Source: Rebecca billardiae RCC1528 (Eukaryota; Protista; Haptophyta). From it: a stretch of 64,000 nucleotides of DNA. The notes under the pieces were generated by a model. It saw nothing but the letters and a program-made list of their open reading frames with translations, did no database searches and had not been told where the DNA came from. The position numbers were made by a program, and so were the translations under genes. How positions within the stretch are numbered: the stretch's first letter is position 1; the number at the start of each line of letters is the position of its first letter. This document shows, one piece after another, positions 11,378 through 22,468 of the stretch. The stretch covers positions 2,108,001 through 2,172,000 of the forward strand of contig OZ251230.1 of NCBI GenBank assembly GCA_965240325.2. The letters run 5' to 3'.

Positions 11378-14300
11378 ATGAGCGACCAGCGTGCCGCTCG
11401 AGCCACGAGTCGCGACGACGTGGGCGCCGGGGTGGAGGTTCCGTTGCGCGCGGAAAGCAGCGAGCCCAGTGAGGCGCAACATCCAGGCCCGAACGACGAG
11501 CCGCTGCATCCCGTACCCCCGCCCGCTGGCGAGCTGCGCGCGAGCCGCCGCAAGGTGCACCTGCTCCCACGATGCGCACAGTGCAACTCGATGCACTTTG
11601 TGCACGCGGAGACCGGACTGTGCGCCCACTGCGACACGATACGCCTCAAGCGTGATGGCACGATGACGACGGCTACATCCACGGTCAATGTGGACGCAGC
11701 AAGGGCAGCCTCCGCTGAGGAGAGCAACCATACACCTGCTGCTAGCGCCGGCGGCGGAGGAGAAGGAGGCGGCGGCGGCGCGGCGGCCGGAGCGGCTGGT
11801 GCGGACAAGGAGGAGGGCAGCCTCGTACCGGGCACGGCCGCGATCGCGCCGCCCGACGAGCGCAGGCACAGCTTTGGCTGGCTGTTTGACTGCGTGTGCG
11901 GCGTGTCCTTCAGCCAGCGCGACCGATACCAGGGCGCCTGGAAGTCGATGCATCACCTTGCAGCATCACTCGCGCAGGAGCCCGACACGGGCGTGCCCGG
12001 CGGCGAGGGCGAGCGCGAACGCTGGCTCGCGCACTGCGAGCGCTGCGACGCGTGCCTTCATGCATGCTGCGATCTGGAGTACAACCCGACGATGACGGTG
12101 ACGCTGTGCGCGCACTGCTCACCCGAGCCGCCCGCTCAGCGCAAAGCGCCGCTCCTCACGAGGCCAGCGCCGCCGGCCGACACAACCGGCTCCTTGTGTG
12201 GCGGCGCCTGCGTCATCTGCAGAGCGCCCGGGGCCTTCGGAACGCGATCGTGCCTTTTTCGGCCTGACGGCGCGTACGTGCAGCAGCAGGTGCTCGTTGC
12301 GCGCTCGCGAGCCGCGCCGCTTCGCACGGCGGCCGACGTCCGCGCCGCGGTGAGTGGCATGGCCGCGATCGGCACCGCACCAAGCGACGACAACAACAAC
12401 AACAGCAGGACCAAGGCCGAGCGCGTATACATGCGGCTTGCACGTGGGGGAACCGCAGCGCTGCGCGGCGTCGTGCACGCCGTGCGCGGCACGAGGGGCG
12501 GGTTGAGCGCACGCGTCCATCTCGACAACGGCCTTCTCGTCTGGCTCGACGAGCCTGAGCTGCTCGCATGCATGTTCCCCACCAGCGGCGGGTACTCGTT
12601 TGGCGATGCGCCTTCCAAGCAGAAGTGCCGGCTGCCCGCAAAGCAGGCGGCAGAACTGAGCGAGAGCAGGGCATCCTGGCTCGGCGTGCTCTTCAAGAGC
12701 TTCGCCACGGGCGGCACGGGCGACGCGCGGCTGCGCGTGAGCCCGGTCACCAAGCCCGTCTTCTCGACGCCCGGCGTGCTGGAGAACGTGCAGCAGCTCG
12801 GCGTATTTGCGGTCGCAGACGAGCCAGCAGCAGCAGCCGTCGGCGCTACTGAGGATGAGCAGAGCGCGCACGCGCGTCGCTCGATCGCCGGGGATGACGG
12901 GGCGATCGGCGCCGAGGAGAGCATGCGTGCGCACCCGTCGTACCACGACCCGGATGCGAAAGCGATGCCTCTCCAGCGCGGGGATGTGATCGAGGCCTGT
13001 GATCGCGATGGCGAGTGGTACACGGCTTGTGTCATCGGCGTCGCGGGCGGGCGGGCCCTCATCCACTTCTTCGGGTGGGACAAAATGTGCGCGCGCGCAT
13101 GCACCGTGCCATCGTAGGCTCGCGCGGCGTGCTCGGCGTGCCACGGTTGATGCCGTGCCCGCACTCGCTCCGCCCTTTTGATCGCCACGCCGGGCGCGCC
13201 CGACTTAATTCGCCGCGCGGCGCTCGCTCAGGTACGACGAATGGCATGTGATAGGTGGACCCTCGATGCGCCCCGATGCCGGCTTGAACCGTTACGGGCC
13301 GTGCAACGGGCCCGAGGAGCACCGCGCGCACGTGCACGCAGCTCGCGACCGCGTGCGCCCGCGCGTCGCATGCCCGTGGTACGTCGGGCAGCGCGTCCAG
13401 TCAAAAGACTTCTGCGGGCAGTGGTACGCGGCCCGCATCGCCGCAATCGACCACGACCAGATCCTCTTGTGAGCGCGCACGCGCGAGCTGCGCCGGCGCG
13501 CGCCATGATGCGAGCGCGTTGTGCGTCGCGCGTCATGCTTGCGGCGTCGCGACGCGCCCTGCGGCTGACGATCCGCCATCTCACGCGCGCCGGTGATTTA
13601 CCATCATCAATCAACAGGCATTACGAGGGGTGGTCGGACGAGTGCGCGCCGCGCGCGCCGACGTGGTGGCCGCGAATCAGGCCGTGTTTCCGGTTAGAAT
13701 GCGCGCCGTGCGTACTGCGGCTCATGCATACCGCCTCCCGCGCGCGCGCCGTCGCCTGCAGATTCGACGAGTGGAAGCGAAGTAACACGAGCTCGGTCCG
13801 CAAGCTGAAAGGCGCCCCGCGCTTCGGGCCGGCCGGCAGCGAAGCGAACGCGGCCTGGTGGCAGAAGAAGGACGACGGGAGCGTCCCGTACGCGTCGCAC
13901 ACCCCAGCTGAGCGCGAGCCCGAGGCGCGCAGGCTCTCCTCGTCATCGCGCGCGCAGCAGCAGCAGGACAACTCGCGCGCGAGCTCGGAGTGCGATGACC
14001 AGCATCATGCCCCAGCATTCCAGCGCGGCGAGCTCGTCGGAATGTACGGGGGCGCGGTACGCCTGCGCTCGTCTATCGAAGGGGGCAGCGGCGAGCCGCT
14101 CATCAATCCGTGCTACATCTTCGACATCACATCGGACCTGTGCGTCGATGGAGCAGATGGTGGCAATCTGACCAGATACATGTGCGTGCTGTCCCGCCTG
14201 CGCGCGCGCGTGCGCGCTCCTCCAAGCGAGCTGAGCTGCGCGTGCTTGCGATGGGCGCCAGCGTGCCGGCCTGACGCTCGCGCGCCCGTGGCCTGCCTCC

Positions 14301-16403
14301 CCGTCGCGCCACCACAGGAACCACGCCAACACCGAGGCCGAAGCGAACGTCGAGCCCGTCTGCGTCGAGTGGTGCGGCGAGGCGATCATCCTGTTCAGAA
14401 CCACGCGACACATTCTGCACGGCGAGGAGCTCTGCTACCGCTATGCCGACTTCTCCTTCCTCGACGAGACGCACCTGCAGCACTCGCACGGCTCCAAGGC
14501 GCCGGCGCGAGAGCACGTCCACCACGTGCGCATGGCCATGCGCGACGTGCACTTGCAGCACCTCGACTGGCTCAAGTGCACCGGCGACCGCGACGGCTTT
14601 CGGGTGCTCTTCAACCTGGTCGCACCCATCGTCGACGACGCGGTTGCCGAGTCACCGGTGCCATACGCCTGTGCACCTCAAGCACTGATCGTCGAGCCAG
14701 CCGGCGCCGCTCGTGAACGCGCTCAGACGCCGCCCGCCGATCGCGCACCCATCACCAACGGCGACCAGCAGCCGAGTGAGCCGTCCCCAGCACAGCCGCA
14801 CAGCGTGCGCCCTGCAGAGGGCTCTCGCGCTGTGTCGCAGCAGCTGTCCAAGTTCGCGAGCATGCCCAGTCTGAGTGCCGCTGTCGCCGCGGCGCCGGAC
14901 AGGCGCACCGCGGCGAAGGTTGGTGCCGTGCTCGACGATCTCGTGCGCCGCGTGGATCTCGTCACAGGGCGAGTGCCGCCTTCCCATCGGCTGCCACCAC
15001 GAGCACCTGCGCACCCACTACTCACCAAGCGGAGCAGCGCACCCGACCAGCCCGCTCGTTTGCCGCGTCGGGGCGACTCTGCGGACGCCCCGCCGCCCGC
15101 GAAGCAAGCCAAGCACGCTATCGCATCCGCACCGCGCGCAGTGCGCGATTGCGTCAATCACCTCGTGCGCGCCGCGGTCAACGCTGAGGCGGCCATGCAG
15201 GACAAGATACTGTACGTGGACGAAGCGATGAGCAATCTCGAGGGCGCAATCTTGATGCGCTATGAGCAAGAAGCCTCGGACCTCGCGGGTTTCATCGAAG
15301 ACGCCTTCTTTACCGTCGAGTCGCTCTGCCTGCAGCCCGCGAACAAGGTGGAAGTACGATCGAGGTGGAGCAGCTGGCTCGAGCGTCGGCTCGTGCTGCT
15401 GCGCGCGCGCGTCGACTCTACGCTGAGCACCCTCGCGGAGACTCAGGCTGCATGGCAAGCCGTCGCGCGGAGGCGGCCAGGCGAGGTTCCTGGGCCGCTC
15501 GAGCTGCCTGAGCTTGCTCGGCGGATGGCGGCGTGGCGCGTGGGATGGGACGGTCGCATGAGCGAGTACGCGCTCGCACACGATAGGTACCTGCGATGCA
15601 TGCGCGAGCATCTCGAGAGCTGGACTTCGGCGCAGCACAGCCAGCGCGCGGCGACGACAGGCGCGCGTGCGCAGGTGAAGGAGTGCCTGGACTTCGTGGT
15701 GTCCGCCGTCGAGCACCTCGTGACAGCGGACGCGATACAGATCGGCGCACCGGCGGCGACGGCGCTCGCACCGCGGGTGCTGCCGCCCAACATGGACGCA
15801 CAGCAACAGCAGCCTCTCATCCCGACGCAAGCCACGGCGCAGACGCCCTCCGCCGCGGAGCTTCTCCGAGAGCTGGCCCACACAAATCAGCAGCTCGTGC
15901 TGCAGCTCCAACTGCAGGAGGCTCGACTGCAGTCGCACCTCTGCTCGGCGGCAGTGGCAGCAGGGCCGTCGTTGAGCGCGCTTGCACAGATGATGCTGCA
16001 TGCACAGCAGCTCCAGGTGGGGCATCAGCTGGGGATGCAGATGCAGGCAGCAGCCTGTGCACAGCCCGTCCATCCCGTGCACCCGGGACTCTTCGGCAGC
16101 GCCTTTCGCCTGCCGCATGCGCCAGCAGACCATTCAACCCCGCCCATTTCCGCGCAGCCGCGTGCTCTGCTGGGTGCGCAGGCGCAGGCTGCGCAGCCCA
16201 TGCTGCGCGCAGCTCACCATCACCTCATCGCCGGCAGTGCGCCGGCACCGCTGTCAGCCGCTGCCAGCGGCTCAGTCGACGCTCACGCTGCCGTCGATGC
16301 GCATGGTTGGGCGAGTGACAGTGCAGGGCAAGCGTCGCCGCCGCCGCTACTGGCGCCGCTGCCATTGCTCCCGGGGGGCCGGGTCTATTCTCGTCGTTGG
16401 TAG
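11378..16403 (+). CDS. PHD + tandem Tudor/Agenet-like + SET domain chromatin protein (~1491 aa); exons 11378-13086, 13232-13468, 13618-13641, 13762-14181, 14318-16403
   Basis: PHD-type C4HC3 (CVC...CERCDACLHACC...CAHC). Two Tudor-like repeats (GDVIEACD..GEWY..HFFGWDKMYDEW and GQRVQSKD..GQWY..HYEGWSDEFDEW). SET motifs LGVFA, GELVGMYGG, YIFD, GNLTRYMNHA, GEELCYRY. Four phase-2 GT-AG introns keep the frame. Confidence 0.82.
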
Positions 16404-16753
16404 CCGCGCCTTTAAATTGCAGGCACGGAGCCGCGCTGCTGAGCAGTGTCAGTACAGAGCTGAGTGCCCCCGCCCGCGCGGAGCGCCCACCCGCGTCAGC
16501 ACCGGGCACCCGTCGGCGCACGCCGTTCCGCGCGCCCGGCCGCCCCGATCGAGTGCATGCACGCGTGATCGGTAGCAGTAGCTGCTGCGCGACATCATCG
16601 ATCATGCATCATATATCACTACTGCTACGCGTCATTCATCGATCTGATCGCGATATGATGATGACTGATGATGCTGATATGATCGGCTACGCCGATCTTC
16701 GGGTAGCAAACAACGAAGTTGAGGGCGCACGGCCCTGGTAGTTGTCGCTTTCT

Positions 16754-17170
16754 TCACCGAATCACGATGCGCGCGCCCGTCGCGTCGCCGTAGTGCAGGA
16801 GGCGCGGGCGCAAGTAATCAACGCGATCGACGGCCTTGGGGGGCTGCGCCGTGTCGAACTCGACGCGCAGCAGCCGCAGCGCCTCCGCCCGGTGCGCTTC
16901 GGGCAGCCCTGCTGTGGCCGCGCGCAGCGCGGAGATCGCGCTCGGCAGCTCGCCCGTCTCAGCCTCGCACAGCCTCGCGCGCTCGGCGGGATCGGCGCAG
17001 CGTCGGATGAATGAGCTCGCAGCTCGTCGTCGGCGGCGGCGGGGAAGAGCGTCGCGAGCAGCCGCGGCTCGAGCCTGTCTACGACCTCCCGCAGCCGCAG
17101 CAGCCGCTCCTTGCACGCCCTCGGCGTCTTCCCCTCGAATGCGGCGGGCACAATGTGCTCCCCACGGCAC
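16754..17170 (-). pseudogene. Possible degraded coding fragment with Myb/SANT-like motif
   Basis: AFEGKTPRACKERL resembles a Myb third helix; coding-like stretches occur in two frames with no clean gene model. Confidence 0.2.
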
Positions 17171-18588
17171 GTGACACCCTGGATTGCGACCTTTGTCTGT
17201 CAGCCTCGCCGCCGCGTCGACGATGCAGTGCGAGGGCCGCTGTGCGCGTCAGCGTTGCCGCGGGTGCTGTCGGCCGACGGCCTGGAGCGCGAGGGCGACT
17301 GCGAGCACGGGCAAGAGGGGAGCACGGCGTCGCCCGTAGCATATGCCACCTCGCCATCGTCGCGGACTCGCCGCTCGCAGATCTAAGCCCAGCCTCGTCG
17401 CGAGCAAAACAGATGTCCGAGCTCGGCCTCGTGCTGCGAGGACTCGCCCGCCAGCCTCGTCGCCCGCAGATCTGCGCGCGCTGCTTGCCGCGCCGTCATG
17501 CGCAGCCAGAGAGAGGCTCACGGTCAGCACGCCGCACGCGGAGCCATCACAGCGCGGCCATGGTCATGGACGGCGCGAGCGTGAGGGCTTGGGCGAGCGA
17601 CTTCCGAACATGCCGAGAGTTCAGCTGCGCGGGCGTGCGGCGTGGCGCGCGCAGGCGCGCGCATCGCCATGATTCAGCACGCGCACTGCTAAGACGGCGA
17701 CCGTACAGTACGTACTACTCCTGAGGCGCTGCTCGCAGGATGCCGTGCACTATCAAGAAGTAGTATCATGTCGTAGTCACTATCGGCTTTATGCTACGAC
17801 AATTAGCCGCGCAGTAAATAATGAGCTGCTGGCGGTCAGTCCCTCTATTTCTTACGTACTTAGCGGAGTCGCGTACCCCTGTCATCGACTATAACCGCGA
17901 CGGTATCATTACGTCGGACGTCATCTAAATTCTACTGCTATACTGTATATATATATATATATATATTATAGGATATTTTACTCAGCAGTCGTCACTCACT
18001 GAGGCTGAACTCGATCGGCCGCGACTCGGCGACTGACGGCCAAGCTAGTCTAGGCGCTACTGATTGATTGACCCAGACTCGTCCGCGCGTCGGGCCCGGA
18101 TCACGCACCGAGACTCGATCATGTCCATGAGACGACCAGCGCTTCATCATAATTCCGTTACATCGCGTCATCAATGAACTACGACGATAACGACGACATC
18201 AAACGACGACTCGATCGTTATATATATATATATATACCAGCAAATAATATATGCGCGCCACGCGGGCGGCGCCGCGCGCCACCGTGAGGGCCACCGTCGC
18301 TGCCGTCGCGGGCGTCCGGCCGGCCCAAAGGCCAGGACGCCCGCCTGGCCGGCGTGCGCGGTGCGGTCTGTCAGTGTCAGGCGGGCAGGCGCGGCGCGGC
18401 CGTGGCCCCGCCGCACCGACGCACCGTCACGACTACTCAGAGTCAGTTGACCGGCGCTAGTCGTTACTTATAATAATAATAATAGCCGCGATAATTTATT
18501 AATAATCGAAGAGAAGCGCTACTGCTGCTACGCGACGACAACATATGGCATCGTCATCAGCAGATGTCTTGCGCCGGCCGAGGCCGCC

Positions 18589-19611
18589 TCAATCGAGCAA
18601 GCCGCCGCCGCCGCCGCCGCCCGCTGGTCGATGGGCTCGGCCGCCTTGACGGCCAAAGCCAAGCCCGCCGAGTCGCAAGCCGCCTCCACCCCTGACGAAC
18701 TCCCAGATGGCCCAGCGCACGTCCTCCCATGCGCCGATCGCGTGGAGGCGGTGGACAACGATGGCGACGAAGAGTGGGATGGCGCACACCAAGAGGCGAC
18801 GGTGGCGCAAGCGCCACCGTTGCGCTGCACGCCAGCTGGCGGCGACTGCGAATGGCAGCACCAGCAGCAGCTGGTCGATGGCGATCGCCCTGCGGCCATG
18901 GTCGAGATTTCGGAGCGCGTCGTGCAGCATGGAGCGTGCCCCGCACGCCTCCAGCGCGGCGCCGAGTCCGTGCGTCGGGGATCTCGCCACCTGCCAGTCG
19001 AGCAGCAGCGGGCGCTCGGCGCGCACAAAGGGCAGGTCGTCGGGGATGCCGCCGCTCGGGTCAGGCAGCCGGATCACAAAATGATCGGCGTCCTCGACGA
19101 TCAGCGAGCACGGCCCCCACCGAGGGGTGAATGCCCCAGCAAACTCTGAGTACTGCACCGCACAGCTATCTTCAGAAGCCTCCCAGGTCGTGCGGCCGGA
19201 CTTAACGAACGCATTGCCCGTGAGCTTGACGGCGACGAGCCGTGTTCCGTCTGAGCTGCGCGCAGCCTTGGACGTGCTGTCGACGCGGACCTCGACGAGC
19301 TCGAGCCCGCCGTACGGGTAGAGCGCGAGCCACGTGCCCTGCAATGTGAGCAGCGAAGAGGTGCTGCCGCGTGGCCTCGTGACCTGCGGCCTCGAGATGT
19401 GGGCGTAACAACGCTCGGAGACGAACGCGTGCACGGCCTCCGCACAAGCACGCGGGCATTCTCGCGCATCTGCCGACTCCGCGCACTCACGCGTCACGCG
19501 AGTCACCGCAGGGCCTTCGAGCAGACGCAGGACCTCCGCATGCGTGCACGCGTCCCCGCCCCAAAACCCGGCGATCGCCGGGAGCAGCCACGCTGCAGCG
19601 ATCGTCGCCAT
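18589..19611 (-). CDS. Signal-peptide protein with DUF3506/cyclin D1-binding (EXECUTER/FBXO31-type) domain and C-terminal hydrophobic segments
   Basis: Hydrophobic N-terminus MATIAAAWLLPAIAG. LQGTWLALYPYGGLELVEV...LVAVKLTGNAFVKSGRTTWEA matches the GxWxxxYxxxGxE / AVKLTGDxxVPxG pattern. Confidence 0.6.
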   Translation of the reverse strand: MATIAAAWLLPAIAGFWGGDACTHAEVLRLLEGPAVTRVTRECAESADARECPRACAEAVHAFVSERCYAHISRPQVTRPRGSTSSLLTLQGTWLALYPYGGLELVEVRVDSTSKAARSSDGTRLVAVKLTGNAFVKSGRTTWEASEDSCAVQYSEFAGAFTPRWGPCSLIVEDADHFVIRLPDPSGGIPDDLPFVRAERPLLLDWQVARSPTHGLGAALEACGARSMLHDALRNLDHGRRAIAIDQLLLVLPFAVAASWRAAQRWRLRHRRLLVCAIPLFVAIVVHRLHAIGAWEDVRWAIWEFVRGGGGLRLGGLGFGRQGGRAHRPAGGGGGGGLLD

Positions 19612-19691
19612 CGTTTCTAGCTCCAAGCTCGGGAGCCGGGAAGGAACAAAGCCCTCCTCGTTATTCGTTGGCAGCGGTGGTGACGTGCACA

Positions 19692-21638
19692 ATGGCGGCG
19701 TCGGAAAGCGACGCGTGCGGGGTGGAGACGGGCTGGTGGAGGCATCCGACGCGCGTGCTCGAGGTTGTGCGCGCGCTGCTGGACCTCCTGTGGCTTCTCG
19801 TGTGCATTCGGCTGAAGAGCACGAGCGTGCGCACCGGCAGCTGGAGCGCCGTCGACTTCTTTGCCGAGCGCACGCAGCAGACGCCCGACGCGCACGCGCT
19901 CGTCAGCACTGCGTCCGGCGAGGTTCTCACGTTTCGCGGCCTGGACGAGCTGTCCAATCAGATGGCGCACTGGCTCATGAGCCGAGGCGTCCGGGCGGGC
20001 GACGTGGTCGTGCTCGCCCTCGCGGCGTGCCCATCCTACGTCGCGCTCTGGCTGGGCGTGGCCAAGGCTGGCGCGACGGCCGCGCTCGTGAACGTGCAGC
20101 TGCGCGGCGCGTCCCTGGCCCACGCGGTGCGCACGGCCCTCAGCACGACGCCCGTCGCGCGCCACATCGTCGTCTGCGACGGCAGCGCGCATGCCGAGCT
20201 CGTGCTCGCCGACGCCCTCGGCGAGAGCGTCACGGTCGCCGTGTGCGGTGCCGCCGCTCCGGGCTCGGCAGCGGTGCGGGCGGCGGCGCTCGCGCTCGAG
20301 CGCGAGCTCGACGCGCGGCCGCGCTCCGCCGTGGACGGCGCCGCGCGCGAGGGTGTGCGGTGGAGCAGCCCGCTGTGCCTCATCTACACCTCCGGCACAA
20401 CGGGTCTGCCCAAGGCGAGCCGCTTCAACCACCTGCGCTTCTGGATGGCGGGCAAGGCGATGCACGTGCTGTGCCGGCTGCGCGCGGCCGACCGCATCTA
20501 CTGCGCGCTGCCGCTGCACCACGCGTCGGGCGGGATGATGGGCGTGAGCGCCGCGGTGCACGCAGGCTGCGCGCTCCTCGTGCCCCCGCGCTTCTCTGCG
20601 CGCGCCTTCCGCGCCGACTGCGCCGCGCACGGCGCGAGTGTCGTGCAGTACATCGGCGAGATGGCGCGGTACATCGTCGCGGCGCACGGCCCGGCCGAGC
20701 CGCGGCAGCGCAGCACGGACGAGCCGCCGCTGCGCCTGCGCGTCGCCTTCGGCAACGGGCTGCGCCCCGAGGTGTGGCGGCCGTTCCAACGCGCGCTCGG
20801 CATCCGCCGCGTCGTCGAGTTCTACGCCTCGACCGAGGGCAACGTGAACCTCTTCAACAACACGGGCGTGGTGGGCGCGGTGGGCGTGGTGCCGTGCTTT
20901 GCCGCTCGGCTCTACCCGCTCGTGCTCGCGCGCGTGGCGCGCGGCGGCGGGGACGGCCTCGTGCTCGAGCGCGACGGGTCGACCGGGCGGTGCGTGCCCT
21001 GCGCGCCGGGCGAGCCGGGGCAGCTCCTCGGCCTGATCAGCGAGCACGACCCGACGCGCCGCTTCGACGGGTACACGGACACGGACGCGAGCGCGTCCAA
21101 GGTGGTGGACGGCGTGGCCGCGCCCGGCGACCGCTACTTTGCGAGCGGCGACCTGCTGTGGCGCGACTGGTTCGGCTTCTACTACTGGAGCGACCGCGCG
21201 GGCGACACGTACCGCTGGAAGGGCGAGAACGTGAGCACTGCGCAGGTCGCCACCGTCCTCACCGCCGACGGCTCGGGCGTGCTCGACGCGTGCGTGTACG
21301 GCGTGCGCGTGCCGCACTGCGACGGGCGCGCGGGCATGGCGGCGCTCCTGCTGCGCGAGACCGGCGCCGGGCTCGACGCGGCCGAGCTGTACCGTCGGTG
21401 CGCGTCGCAGCTCCCGTCCTTCGCGCTGCCGCTCTTCGTGCGGCTCGTGCGCTCGGCCGAGACCCTGCGCGTCACCGCCACCTTCAAGCACCAGAAGGCC
21501 GAGCTGCAGCGCGACGGCTTCGACCCGCAGGCCGTGGGCGACGACGCGCTCTTCATGCGCGACGACAAGCGGCGGACGTACGTGCCGCTGAGCGCGGAGC
21601 ACGTGCGCGACATCGAGTGCGGCGCGATGCGGCTGTAG
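19692..21638 (+). CDS. SLC27A: Long-chain fatty acid transport protein / very-long-chain acyl-CoA synthetase (FATP/SLC27 family)
   Basis: AMP-binding IYTSGTTGLPKA, QYIGEMARY, GNGLRP, EFYASTEGN, FATP signature DRAGDTYRWKGENVST, TATFKHQK. Confidence 0.93.
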   Translation: MAASESDACGVETGWWRHPTRVLEVVRALLDLLWLLVCIRLKSTSVRTGSWSAVDFFAERTQQTPDAHALVSTASGEVLTFRGLDELSNQMAHWLMSRGVRAGDVVVLALAACPSYVALWLGVAKAGATAALVNVQLRGASLAHAVRTALSTTPVARHIVVCDGSAHAELVLADALGESVTVAVCGAAAPGSAAVRAAALALERELDARPRSAVDGAAREGVRWSSPLCLIYTSGTTGLPKASRFNHLRFWMAGKAMHVLCRLRAADRIYCALPLHHASGGMMGVSAAVHAGCALLVPPRFSARAFRADCAAHGASVVQYIGEMARYIVAAHGPAEPRQRSTDEPPLRLRVAFGNGLRPEVWRPFQRALGIRRVVEFYASTEGNVNLFNNTGVVGAVGVVPCFAARLYPLVLARVARGGGDGLVLERDGSTGRCVPCAPGEPGQLLGLISEHDPTRRFDGYTDTDASASKVVDGVAAPGDRYFASGDLLWRDWFGFYYWSDRAGDTYRWKGENVSTAQVATVLTADGSGVLDACVYGVRVPHCDGRAGMAALLLRETGAGLDAAELYRRCASQLPSFALPLFVRLVRSAETLRVTATFKHQKAELQRDGFDPQAVGDDALFMRDDKRRTYVPLSAEHVRDIECGAMRL

Positions 21639-21803
21639 CCAGCACGCACGGCACTCGTGCCTTGCAGCGGCGCGCGCCGGCAGGCCGAGGGCTGTGAGTC
21701 AGACCCGCGCCCCGTCGGACTGCGGAGGCAGCGGAGGCGGAGACGTCAGAGATGGGCTGCGGCCTGCTGTTACTTGTTAGTCGTAGTGTTACGATCTAGG
21801 CTT

Positions 21804-21839
21804 GGCTCCGGCTTCGGTCCACCCCCCCCAGTCCGGTCA
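21804..21839 (+). mobile_element. Degenerate solo TIR of the GGCTCC family (see 50450)
   Basis: GGCTCCGGCTTCGGT..ACCCC..CCAGTCCGGTCA matches 50450-50485. Confidence 0.6.
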
Positions 21840-22468
21840 GTGGAGCGTTACATAATACATCTTGACACTGCAAGCGGCGGGCAGATCGCCGCCTCTGATG
21901 AGACTACTCTACATCAAAAGCTCCTATCTAGCCCCGGCACCCCAGGCGGTCCCTTGGACGCGATATTATTACGGCCAGAGCCCAGATCACAGATGGCAGC
22001 AGATGCCAGATGATCACGTGCCAACACGTCAGTAGTTTAATTCCGATATACTACGCTATATTCGTCGTCATCGTCTCATTCTTAATCAGATGCAGCAGCA
22101 TCTATTTCTCTGTTCAATGATGAAGAGCAGACGTTCGTCGGCCATAAGCCACTCGTGCGCAAGTCGACAGTCGTGGCCGACGCGGGCAATTCAATTCGCC
22201 ATCGGTCGGAGGTCCAGGACGGCAGCGTCCGAACCGCGGCGCGTCAGATACGTCGTGAGCGAGTCGCGGGAGGTCCCTGCCTGCGGAGCGGCCCACGCGC
22301 TCGTCGCTGCCCATGCTCAGGTGGCAATGGGCCCCTGCGCCTTTCGGCGCATCGGTGTTCCGGGAGGGTCGGCGGAGCTCCAGGCGGTGACCCACCTGGC
22401 GGCTCCGCGCGCAGCGGCAGCAGCAGCCTGCGCCAGCACCCCGCCCCGAGCGAGTGCGCACGGCGCGC

